From the NCBI RefSeq assembly GCF_902713615.1, contig NC_052155.1:117143031-117207030 (forward strand): DNA of 64,000 bases, in the 5' to 3' direction. The DNA is from Scyliorhinus canicula (taxonomy: Eukaryota). This document shows positions 36,628 through 47,832 of this stretch, piece after piece. Both the position numbers and the translations under genes were made by a program. Numbering within the stretch: the stretch's first letter is position 1; each line of letters opens with the position of its first letter. The notes below the pieces were generated by a model. That model was not told the origin of the DNA. It did not search any database and was given only the letters and a program-made list of their open reading frames with translations.

Positions 36628-39600
36628 TTATAGGTGGTACACACAGCTGCCACTGTGCCTCGGTGGTGGAGGGAACAAAAGTTTGTGGATGGGGTGCCAA
36701 TCAAGCAGGCCACTTTGTCCTGGATGATGCCAAGCTTCTGAAGTGTTTTTGGAGCCACACTTATCCAGGCAAGTATATTCCATCACACCCACGTGCCTGC
36801 TCAGGCGAGAAAACCGGCGTGCAACTCACCAGCTGCACAGCCAGCATTTTTTGTCAGATAATCCAGCACTTGGTGTAAAATGAAATGGAGGCTTGGTCAT
36901 GCCGTCATGTTGGCAGACTGGTGCCAGAAAAATCTGGCAATGTCGGGAATCCCAATATTCTTTTAAATGGGCACCCTAACCATCCCCAAACCCCCTGGCA
37001 CCACCCTTGAATATGCTCCCTTGAAGTCCTGGGTACTGTTAGGGTGTTTTGTCTCCCCCTGCCCCCCCATCCCCCACCCCCACATTTTATCTTTGTCTGG
37101 TTCCCGTTTTTAAAAAAACTGTAGTAAAACCTCGCCAACAGGGGTAATTTCTAACATGTATGTGGTGGCGTGAGGTATACTGCTGCGAAGCCCATTAATG
37201 GGAAGTTAATGTGTTGAAATAAGATTCCCGACCTTCCTGGGCAGGAACCCTGATACGTCACTGGCTGGTGGGGGTGGAATCAGCAAACTAGATCTCACTG
37301 GTCAGGTTCTCGTTTTCCAGCTGTCGCAGGATTTTGTACCCACGTAGCAGTTTGCATTCGCGGAGGATGCTGGGGGTGCAAAACCCCTTCCCCAGACTTG
37401 TGCCTGTTCAATGGTAGATAGGCTTTGGTGGATTCAGGAGGCCAGTTACTTGCCACAAGATGCCCAGCCTATGACCTGCTCATGTAGTCATAGTATTTAT
37501 ATGGCTAGTCCAGTTCAGTTTCTGGTCAATGGTAAACCCCCCCCCCTCCCCCCAGGAGGTTTGTTAGTGGGGATTAGAATCATAGAATTTACAGTGCAGA
37601 ATGAGGCCATTCAGTCCATCGAGTCTACACCGGCCCTTGGAAATAACATCCCACTAACGCCCACACCCAGAACCCAGATTCTGCAATGGTATTGTCAGTG
37701 AACATCATTATTTCAATGACAAAGTCCATTGCAGATAAGGTTTATGCCATTGGTGCCCAAACAGTTATTCATGTTCATTGTTCATGTTACGTATCTTAAG
37801 ATATGTAACACAGAGATTCCTCTTCACTGTGCGCAATATACAGGTTGAAACCTTAAGTTGAATTATTGCAAAAAATAGGAATTGTTGCAGAAACTGAGAA
37901 TTTTGGCTAAAACATTAATTTCTTTAGCATCTCTGAGATTTTTACATAGCTTTCTGGGTTATAGACCTTTATAACCAGCTTGCACATTACCTCAAAGAGT
38001 TCCTGTCTCCTTTTCTGCCAAATACAAAGTTGACCTCTTTGAGAGTAATTTGCTTCTACTCCTCAAGAATTGGCTGAGTTCCTCTTTCTGCCTGTCTGCT
38101 TTCTCATTGTGTCTGCATCTGTACCATCACCAGCCAGGTCCTTTGCTTGTAGCTCTCCTTTGTGTCTGGCAACATGACATCTGTATCTTAACATGAACCC
38201 ATATTTCTTATCATCCAAGAAAGGTACAATTCATCCCTTTAAAATCAATAGAAGGTCTTAAAAGTCCTTTCTCGCAAACATTTTTTAAAACAATTAGATT
38301 CCAGTCAGGTTTTCCTTACTGTACTGCTTCTGGGTCAAAGGTCACCACACCAATGTCCATTGAATTGCTGACTCAGAGTTGGAACAATAGCTGCTGTAGG
38401 GTTTTATCTGGAGACTCAGCAGAGGTGCCTTCCACAATTTATTGCAGAGGGGAATGCAACTGCAGCTAGAGCTCCGCACTGCTCTCCTCTGTCCAGCTCA
38501 AGAAAATGTTAACAATACTCACAAATCGAATGACAAGTTATACTTCTCACATGGTATTAGCTAGAGCGCTTCTAGTATCAGCTGTCCGCTTAGTGAGAGC
38601 TCAAATTTGCACTTACACCGCATGGGTAGTTTCAACAGCATCCTTGTTGAGATCCCACCACTAAATAAAATGGTACGATATTGACCACCCACAACAAAAG
38701 GTGCTACAAACAACAAGATAAACAACTCAATCATCTATTTAATTGGTGTCTGATTAGACAGGGCTTCTGTAGAATTCCTCCCTACGCTTCTGCTTCTTCA
38801 ACGTGCCATGGGATATTGCAACTCTCCTTCAGAGCATTCTGCAAGTGTCAGGCTAGATTACATGCTCAATTGGCTGAAGTGGGTCTTGAACCCATGACCT
38901 TCCGATGTAAATGCAAGAAAACTACTATTGAGCCAAGGCTGATATCTTTGGGCTTCTTCACATCTGGAGCAGCATACTGTTCCCATCACCACCATCTTTG
39001 GAGTGCAGCGTTTCCTGGAGTGGGAATCTGATATACACAAGGAAATGGCACAGAGAAGGCAGCTAAATCCCCATCTTCATCTTCATGCAGCAGAGCTGCC
39101 TCAGGATGTGGTTTACAATTGGGTCAATTAGAAGAAAGCTGTGATGGCATTGTTTTTAGTGAAGATTTTCATTCATAACAAACAAACAAAATAAAATATA
39201 CGACAGTAACATGAAGAACCGGATATTTACAAATTACAATATTGGAGTTAGTTTTAAAAAACGGCCAGAATTTAGCAAGATGAAAAAGTGCTTATGTTTA
39301 TGAATTAGCTACAGTTAGGCCATGTAATTTTATCAATTACATTTCATATTAAAACACTGAAACAGCTACAAGGATATGCTGCATATTTGTCGATGATGTT
39401 TCTGAGAAACGTTAGCGAATATTAGGAACTTGTTTGTTGTTTTAATCTGTTCATGCAAATATGTGATCAAGTATACTTGTTTATCAAGTCTACAAATTTT
39501 AAGGTCTATAGTTAGGAAATGGAAAGTTGAATTGTCATGGTGATCAGTTTAGTCTCTTCCATCATTATCTGCACTCATTAAATCGCATTTTAATAACAAA

Positions 39601-40239
39601 GCATACAATCTGCATGCCTGCATAAAATATTACAATGTGATAAAAAATCAGCATCAACTTTGAGTATGTGACATTTGCATCAATTCATCAGAGAGACAAG
39701 ATGAGTCTCTCTAACCAAATTACTTAGAAATCCATGCAGGCTGTGGATTGGAAATACATACTCTGTTCCTCTTGGGAAATACTCCATTTCCCTATGCTTC
39801 GAGACCATAGGTTGACAAAGTCCAAGTTTTAAAAACTCTCAAGGAAATGTCATTGGGAAAATGTTGGAAGTTATAATTATAGATGTTATGGCAGGACAGT
39901 TCAAAATATTTAAGACATTCAGACAGAGGCAACATGGTTCTCCGTTCCGGAGTCTCAGTGCTCCACACCAGCGAAGAATCAGGACTGGTCCACGCTGCAT
40001 GAGGAGCGTCGTCCAGCTGCTAGTCCCATATATGGAGGCTAGCACTCCAGCTTTCCTTCTCTTCCCGGTCTCAGCTCGCCATTTTGAATGGGTGTCTCGA
40101 TCCCAGTGTCTAGCGATAGCCCCCCCCCCTCCCTCCACAAGGCAAATGTAGATCCCACACCCCCCTCACTGATAGGGAGAGCACCCCAGCCCATCAGCAA
40201 AAAGGGGCATCTCCCCCCCCCCAACCATGAGAATAACAG

Positions 40240-40695
40240 CAGCGCCGGCCCTAGGGTTGCTGGCGCCCCGGGCAAGCTGAACTTCGGCGCCCTTGGGGGG
40301 GGGGGGCAGGGCCGAGGGGCAGGGGGGGCGGGGCCGAGGGGCGGGGGGGCGGACCCGAGGGAGGGGCGGGGGAGGGCGGACCCGAGGGGGGGCGGGGGAG
40401 GGCGGACCCGAGGGGGGGGGCGGACCCGAGGGGGGGGGCGGGGGGAGGGTGGACCCGAGGGGGGGCGGACCCGAGGGGGGGGGGGAGCGGACTGAGCGGG
40501 GGGGGGGCGGACCGAGCGGGGCGGACGGGGGGGGGGGCGGACCGAGCGGGGGCGCCTTGGGGGAGGGCGGCCACCGCGCATGCGCTGGTTGGCACCGGCC
40601 CAACTGCGCATGCGCGGGACCCGAGTCTCTGGCGCCCCCCGGCACATGGTGCCCCGGGCAACTGCCCGAGTTGCCGGTGCCTTGAGCCGGCCCTG
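40240..40695. mobile_element. Young hAT MITE (cagggccggc-type ends)
   Basis: TIRs cagcgccggc / gccggccctg; perfect 8-bp TSD aataacag (40232-40239, 40696-40703); internal (ggcggacccgaggggg)n repeats. Confidence 0.9.
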
Positions 40696-41079
40696 AATAA
40701 CAGGTCACTACCCCCCTAACAACACACAGCAATGAGGGTGACTTTATTCTCTCCACCGCCCAGTCACTTCCCCTCCCCCCTCCATCTCCAGGCATTGCCA
40801 ATGGTCCACTGCCCCCAGCAGAATGCCATTGACACTCTGGGAGTGACACCTAGCCAGGGCGAAGGGCCCAGAGGAGGATTAAGAAAGTGAGTCCATATCT
40901 CCCGTGCCCTTTCTGCAGCTGCCAGGCTGTAGAGGGAAGATCCCCAAGGGCCCTTGGGTGCACCTTTTCCAGGGATGGCGGTTCAGTATCCGGACTGTCC
41001 CTACCAGCCCTGGGCAACCTGGATTAATATTGGCATGGTGATTTCAGTACCTTTAACAACCTTCGATTGACAGCTTAAT

Positions 41080-41500
41080 GGTCATGTTTGGCTAGCTAAC
41101 AGGAAACAAAGGGTGGCCATAAATGGGGCTTTTTCTGGTTGGCAATATGTAACAAGAGGTGTGGCACAGGGATCAGTACTGGAACCTCAACATTTTACAA
41201 TTTGGATGAAGCAACCAAAGGTATGGTCGCTAAATTTGCAGTCGATACTAAGATATCTAGGAAAGTTAGGTTAAGTGAGTGGACAAAATTTGGCAAATGG
41301 AGCATATAATGTGGAGAAATGTCCATTTTGTCAGGTAGAATAAAAAAACATGTTATCTAAGTGGTGAGAGATTGCAGAACTCTGGAGATGCAGAGGAATC
41401 TATGTGTCCAAGTGCATGAATCACAAAAGGTTGGTCTGCAAGTGATTTGGAAAGCTAATGTTATTATTCATTGTGAAGGAAGTTGATTATAAAAATAGGG
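41080..41500 (+). mobile_element. Older CR1 RT fragment hosting the full-length CR1; its tail continues at 45789-45910
   Basis: cagggatcagtactgg (QGSVL) and gctaaatttgcagtcgatactaag (KFAxDTK). Confidence 0.75.
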
Positions 41501-41730
41501 CTAGCGCTTTTCAAGGAGACACATCCGGAGTGAGGCACATCTAGAGTGTGAATTGCAACTTGGTAATTTGGTGCAGTGAGGTAATTTGGTGCAGAGTGAG
41601 AGAAGATGCTTTTTCGGAGGTGCTTTTTAACCCTGGTAAGTGACTGGTAAGTAGTTTTTCTTTTCATTGTCTAATTTATTTATTTTTATTTTGAGATTGT
41701 AGTTGTATAAGTTTACCTAAGGTTTAAGAC

Positions 41731-42674
41731 ATGGCAGGAAATCCCAGACACGTGTCATGCTCCTTGTGTGCGATGTGGGAGCTCAGGGACACGTCCATGT
41801 CCCTGGCTTCTTCACGTGCAAGAAGTGTGTTCAGTTGCAGCTCCTGTTAGATCGCTTGACGGCTCTGGAGCTGCGGATGGACTCACTTTGGAGCATCCAC
41901 GATGCTGAGGAGGTCGTGGATAGCACGTTTAGCCAGTTGGTCACACCGCAGGTGAATGTTACTGAGGGAGATAGCAAATGGGTGACCAAAAGACAGAGCA
42001 AGAGTAGGAAGGCAGTGCAGGTGTCCCCTGCGGTCATCTCCCTGCAAAACAGATATACTGCTTTGGAGACTGTTGGGGGAGATGGCTCACCAGGGGAAGG
42101 CAGCAGCAAGGTTCATGGCACCGTGGCTGGCTCTGCTGCACAGCAGGGCAGGAAGAAAAATGGCAGGGCTATAGTGATAGGGGACTCGATCGTAAGGGGA
42201 ATAGACAGGCGGTTCTGTGGACGCAATCGAGACTCCAGGATGGTATGTTGCCTCCCTGATACAAGGGTCAAGGATGTCTCGGAGCGGCTACAGGACATTC
42301 TGATGGGGGAGGGTGAACAGCCAGCTGTCGTGGTGCACATAGGCACCAACGATATAGGTAAAAAACGGGATGAGGTCCTACAAGCGGAATTCAGGGAGTT
42401 AGGAGTTAAACTAAAAAGTAGGACCTCAAAGGTAGTAATCTCAGGATTGTTACCAGTGCCACGAGCTAGTCAAAGTAGGAATGTCAGGATAGATAGGATG
42501 AATGCGTGGCTCAAGAGATGGTGCAAGAGGGAAGGATTTAAATTACTGGGGCATTGGGACCGGTTCTGGGGGAGGTGGGACCAGTACAAACCAGACGGTC
42601 TGCACTTGGGCAGGACTGGAACCGATGTCCTAGTGGGGGTGTTTTCTAGAGCTGTTGGGGAGGGTTTAAACTAA
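41731..42674 (+). CDS. CR1 ORF1: Cys-rich N-terminus, coiled coil, SGNH esterase domain (one frameshift near 41795)
   Basis: MAGNPRHVSCSLCAMWE../FTCKKCVQLQLL; SGNH blocks IVIGDS, HIGTND and PDGLHL. Confidence 0.88.
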
Positions 42675-45600
42675 TGTGGCAGGGGGATGGGAACCAATGC
42701 TGGAAGTTGGAAGGTAGTAAAACAGGGACAGAAGCAAAAGGAAGGGGAAAAGTGCAAGGCAGAGAAGACATAGTCAAAAATCAAAAAGGGTGACAGTACA
42801 AGGTACAGTGACTGAGGGGAGCTCAGTGAATAGGCCCAGTAATACTAAAAGGAATAAAACTGGAGATGTTAAGATTCAAAACAGAGGTAAAAAAACCAAC
42901 ATAAGTGTACTTTACCTGAATGCTCGTAGTATTTGGAATAAAGTAAATGCGTTGATGGCACAAATCATCGTGAATGACTATGATTTAGTGGCCATTACTG
43001 AAACATGGTTAAAGGATGGTCACGACTGGGAGTTAAATATCCGAGGGTATCAAACTATTCGGAAGGACAGAGTGGATGGTAAGGGAGGTGGTGTTGCTCT
43101 GTTATTTAAGGATGACATCCGGGCAATAGTAAGGGATGTCATCGGTGCAAGGAGGATAAGGTTGAATCCATTTGGGTGGAAATCAGGAATAGTAAGGCGA
43201 AAAAGTCACTGATAGGAGTAGTCAATCGGCCACCAAATAGTAACGTTATGGTGGGGCAGGCAATAAACAAAGAAATAACTGATGCATGTAGAAATGGTAC
43301 AGCAGTTATCATGGGGGATTTTAACCTACATGTTGATTGGTTTAACCAGGTCGGTCAAGGCAACCTTGAGGAGGAGTTTATAGAATGTATCCGCGATAGT
43401 TTCCTAGAACAGTATGTAATGGAACCTACGAGGAAACAAGCGGTCCTAGATCTTGTCCTGTGTAATGAGACAGGATTGATTCATGATCTCATAGTTAGGG
43501 ATCCTCTCGGAAGGAGCGATAACAATATGGTGGAATTTAAAATACAGATGGAGGGTGAGAAAGTAAAATCAAATACTAGTGTTTTGTGTTTAAACAAAGG
43601 TGATTACAATGGGATGAGAGAAGAACTAGCTAAGGTAGACTGGGAGCAAAGACTTTATGGTGGAACAGTTGAGGAACAGTGGAGAACCTTCCAAGCGATT
43701 TTTCACAGTGCTCAGCAAAGGTTTATACCAACAAAAAGGAAGGACGGTAGAAAGAGGGAAAATCGACCGTGGATATCTAAGGAAATAAGGGAGAGCATCA
43801 AATTGAAGGAAAAATCATATAAAGTGGCAAAGATTGGTGGGAGACTAGAGGACTGGGAAATCTTTAGGGGGCAACAGAAAGCTACTAAAAAAGCTATAAA
43901 GAAGAGTAAGATAGAGTATGAAAGTAAACTTGCTCAGAATATAAAAACAGACAGTAAAGGTTTTTACAAATATATAAAACAAAAAAGAGTGGCTAAGGTA
44001 AATATTGGTCCTTTAGAGGATGAGAAGGGAGTTTTAATAATGGGAGATGAGGAAATGGCTGAGGAACTGAACAGGTTTTTTGGGTTGGTCTTCACAGTCG
44101 AAGACACAAATAAAATGCCAGCTATGGCAGGTGAGGACCTTGAGAGGATTGTTATCACTAAGGAGGTAGTGATGGGCAAGCTAATGGGGCTAAAGATAGA
44201 CATGTCTCCTGGCCCTGATGGAATGCATCCCGGAGTGCTAAAAGAAATGGCTAGGGAAATTGCAGATGTACTAATGATGATTTACCAAAATACACTAGAC
44301 TCTGGGGTGGTCCCGGTGTATTGGAAATTATCAAACGTGACACCACTGTTTACAAAAGGAGGTAGGCAGAGAGCAGGAAATTATAGGCCAATGAGCTTAA
44401 CTTCGGTAGTAGGGAAGATGCTGGAATCTATCATCAAGGAAGAAATAGCGAGGCATCTGGATAGAAATTGTCCCATTGGGCAGGCGCAGCATGGATTCAT
44501 AAAGGGCAGGTCATGCCTAACTAATTTAGTGGAATTTTTTGAGGACATTACCAGTGCAGTAGATAACGGGGAGCCAATGGATGTGGTATATCTGGATTTC
44601 CAGAAAGCCTTTGACAAGGTGCCACACAAAAGGTTGCTGCATAAGATAAAGATGCATGGCATTAAGGGTAAAGTAGTAGCATGGATAGAGGATTGGTTAA
44701 TTAATAGAAAGCAAAGAGTGGGGATTAATGGGTGTTTCTCTGGTTGGCAATCATTAGCTAGTGGTGTCCCTCAGGGATCCGTGTTGGGCCCACAATTGTT
44801 CACAATTTACAGAGATGATTTGGAGTTGGGGACCAAGGGCAATGTGTCCAAGTTTGCAGATGACACTAAGATGAGTGGTAAAGCGAAAAGTGCAGAGGAT
44901 ACTGGAAGTCTGCAGAGGGATTTGGATAGGTTAAGTGAATGGGCTAGGGTCTGGCAGATGGAATACAATGTTGACAAATGTGAGATTATCCATTTTGGTA
45001 TGAATAACAGTAAACGGGATTATTATTTAAACGATAAAATATTAAAGCATGCCGCTGTGCAGAGAGACCTGGGTGTGCTAGTGCATGAGTCACAGAAAGT
45101 TGGTTTACAGGTGCAACAGGTGATTAAGAAGGCAAATGGAATTTTGTCCTTCATTGCTAGAGGGATGGAGTTTAAGACTAGGGAGGTTATGTTGCAATTG
45201 TATAAGGTGTTAGTGAGGCCACACCTGGAGTATTGTGTTCAGTTTTGGTCTCCTTACCTGAGAAAGGACATACCGGCACTGGAGGGTGTGCATAGGAGAT
45301 TCACTAGGTTAATCCCAGAGCTGAAGGGGTTGGATTATGAGGAGAGGTTGAGTAGACTGGGACTGTACTCGTTGGAATTTAGAAGGATGAGGGGGGATCT
45401 TATTGAAACATTTAAAATTATGAAGGGAATAGATAGGATAGATGCGGGCAGGTTGTTTCCACTGGCGGGTGAAAGCAGAACTAGGGGACATAGCCTCAAA
45501 ATAAGGGGAAGTAGATTTAGGACTGAGTTTAGGAGGAACTTCTTCACCCAAAGGGTTGTGAATCTATGGAATTCCTTGCCCAGTGAAGCAGTTGAGGCTC

Positions 45601-45692
45601 CTTCATTACATGTTTTTAAGGTAAAGATAGATAGTTTTTTGAAGAATAAAGGGATTAAGGGTTATGGTGTTTGGGCCGGAAAGTGGAGCTGA
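42674..45692 (+). CDS. CR1 ORF2: APE endonuclease plus reverse transcriptase (frameshifts at about 42720-42790 and about 43150)
   Basis: YLNARS, ITETW, MGDFN, YLDFQKAFDKV, GVPQGSVLGP, KFADD; 838-aa open stretch 43176-45692. Confidence 0.92.
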
Positions 45693-46139
45693 GTCCACAA
45701 AAGATCAGCCATGATCTAATTGAATGGCGGAGCAGGCTCGAGGGGCCAGATGGCCTACTCCTGCTCCTAGTTCTTATGTTCTTATGTTTCAGTTATACAG
45801 GAATGAAAAATTATCAGGGATAGATGGGAGCTTACAATCAGATCAGCCATGATCTTATTGAATGGCAGACGAGGCTCTAGGGGCTGAGTAGTCTACTCCT
45901 GTTCATAATTTGTTTGCAAAAAAGCTGCTGATGTTTAATCAATGAAATTTGTGCAGTTCATTAGTGCAGGGCATTGCTAAACCTCTTGCTGTTCGCAGGA
46001 CTTTGGTCTGCAAGGTTATATGGGAAGAATAATCCAAAGAGGCTCCTTATAATAAGAATGAGTGGTGTTTTCCTACTGTGAAGCATGTAGGAAAGCACAT
46101 TAAATCTTCTGGCCCCAGCCTCATTAATTATGCACTAAG

Positions 46140-46637
46140 GTGTCTCACACCGTGACAGAGCAGGCCTGGATGGTGTGTAATGCGCCGTCGTGCCTGGGTT
46201 ACATATTGAAATGGCACCCAATATCACTGACCCATTATTTAAGAAAGAAGGTGGACCGACTGAAAATGAAGATAGGTCTCCAGGAACACTGAGACCAGAA
46301 GATGCAACTCCTGAGAGCCAAGGTGGATCTCCAGCAACATTCTGAGGCTTGGAGATGGACCTCTTCCAGGTCACACTGAATCTGGAAGGTCCACCTTCAG
46401 ATGCAGCCCCAGCCCACCGCTGTGGTGTACTTGGCTCCAGACTGCCTCCAGCCCAAACCCCTGAGGCAGCCCCGGGCATTGTTCAGGTGAGTCCTGACAT
46501 CTGCACACCACATTATTCCAAACATGTTTCACGCCAGCCTGTTTTGCCGTCAGCATCATTCATGCCTGCCATATTCTTCCCCCCCCCCCCCATGCCCGCC
46601 ACTGAACCCGCTGGCTGGGATTGAGGGAATTCTGCCC
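46140..46637 (-). mobile_element. Harbinger-type element remnant
   Basis: Ends ggaattctgccc; homologous to 9819-10240. Confidence 0.5.
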
Positions 46638-47399
46638 CAAGTTAATTCAAACTTAAACCATATATGTGGGAGGATGTGTAAAAACAGCATTCAACTACCG
46701 GTATCCTGAATGGAAGTCAGTTTCTGAATTTGTCCATTTTATTTACTTTTTAAAAATGAAAGTTTTACAACTGAACCATTTAGATTATCTGCCCCTGCAA
46801 AGACTGCTAAATATGAGCTGAATTTATTTACGTTATGATTTCCAAGGATTTTCACTGATCAGAAAATGTGTACATGCAGGCGACAACGTGAAATATATCG
46901 CAACATTTCCCATTTACTGGCCAAAAGCTCAGTTACTTCAGACCTACGACCACGGGGAAGAAGGGCAGCAATATCCTATCCTACTGTGTGATTCTGCCAA
47001 CAGAAGCCCTGAATGTATCTTCATCTTGTTACGGAAATAGAAATAATTTAACTCCAGAAGTTAGTATACAATCATCAAAGCAGTCAAATCCAACATACGC
47101 AAAAGTTACCAGAGAAGAGAAAATGCAATAATACACTCGCTGGAAATGTAATATTGATGAATGCCCTACAATTGAAGAGAATCTACTAACTTACAAACAG
47201 TATAACTAAGAACTGTGAATGCTACAATCTGATCGAAGAGCCGAACATGCTGGAAATAAACAGTAAATTCATCAATATCTGAGAAGAGAAAAGATAGGTT
47301 ACTATTTCATGTTGACATTCTTCCTCAATATGTTGGCACACTGAGGTATAAGGTCCTCCCCTCTTAAAGCCCATGCATCACCACTTTTATTTGGCAATA

Positions 47400-47574
47400 A
47401 AGCACAGAGCTAAATCGCTGGCTTTGAAAGCAGACCAAGCAGGCCAGCAGCACGGTTCGATTTCTGTAACAGCCTCCCCGAACAGGCGCCGGAATGTGGC
47501 GACTAGGGGCTTTTCACAGTAACTTCATTTGAAGCCTACTGGTGACAATAAGCAATTTTCATTTCATTTCATTT
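47400..47574 (+). mobile_element. Short tRNA-headed SINE with Rex/Babar-like tail
   Basis: Same family as 18270; (tttca)n end. Confidence 0.85.
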
Positions 47575-47832
47575 AAAGTACCTGGGAGTAAGTGAAAAGG
47601 ATATGATTTAACGAAAAGATTTATCACCTGTCTGAAGCTTAAGTAAGTTCTAAATGTATTCTGAACACAGAACTGGAACAATGGTTGCAGACTTCAACTC
47701 AATGTTCATTAAAAAAAGACTTCCAGTACTTAAGCTGTGATGTCCATTAAGATAGTATAGGAGGCATATTATGACCTAGCACGGAACCATCTTGGAGTTT
47801 GCAGATCACAGTTCACTATGTGTTATGGCCTC

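Larger units (their letters stand above)
34275..37575 (-). mobile_element. Old CR1-clade LINE 3' region, fragmented by insertions
   Basis: Pieces at 34275-34604, 36636-36790 and 37390-37575; sequence is continuous across the hAT insertion. Confidence 0.65.
41500..45788 (+). mobile_element. Near full-length CR1 LINE
   Basis: 5' UTR, ORF1, ORF2, 3' UTR and (ttcttatg)n tail; about three frameshifts. Confidence 0.95.

Noticed and set aside
40039-40849. Pro/Gly-rich ORFs on both strands
   Set aside because: Arise from the GC-rich MITE core.
47245-47330. Second hammerhead-like motif on the minus strand (TGAGGA...GAAA)
   Set aside because: Core C is missing and stems are poor; at most a dead Penelope-associated remnant.
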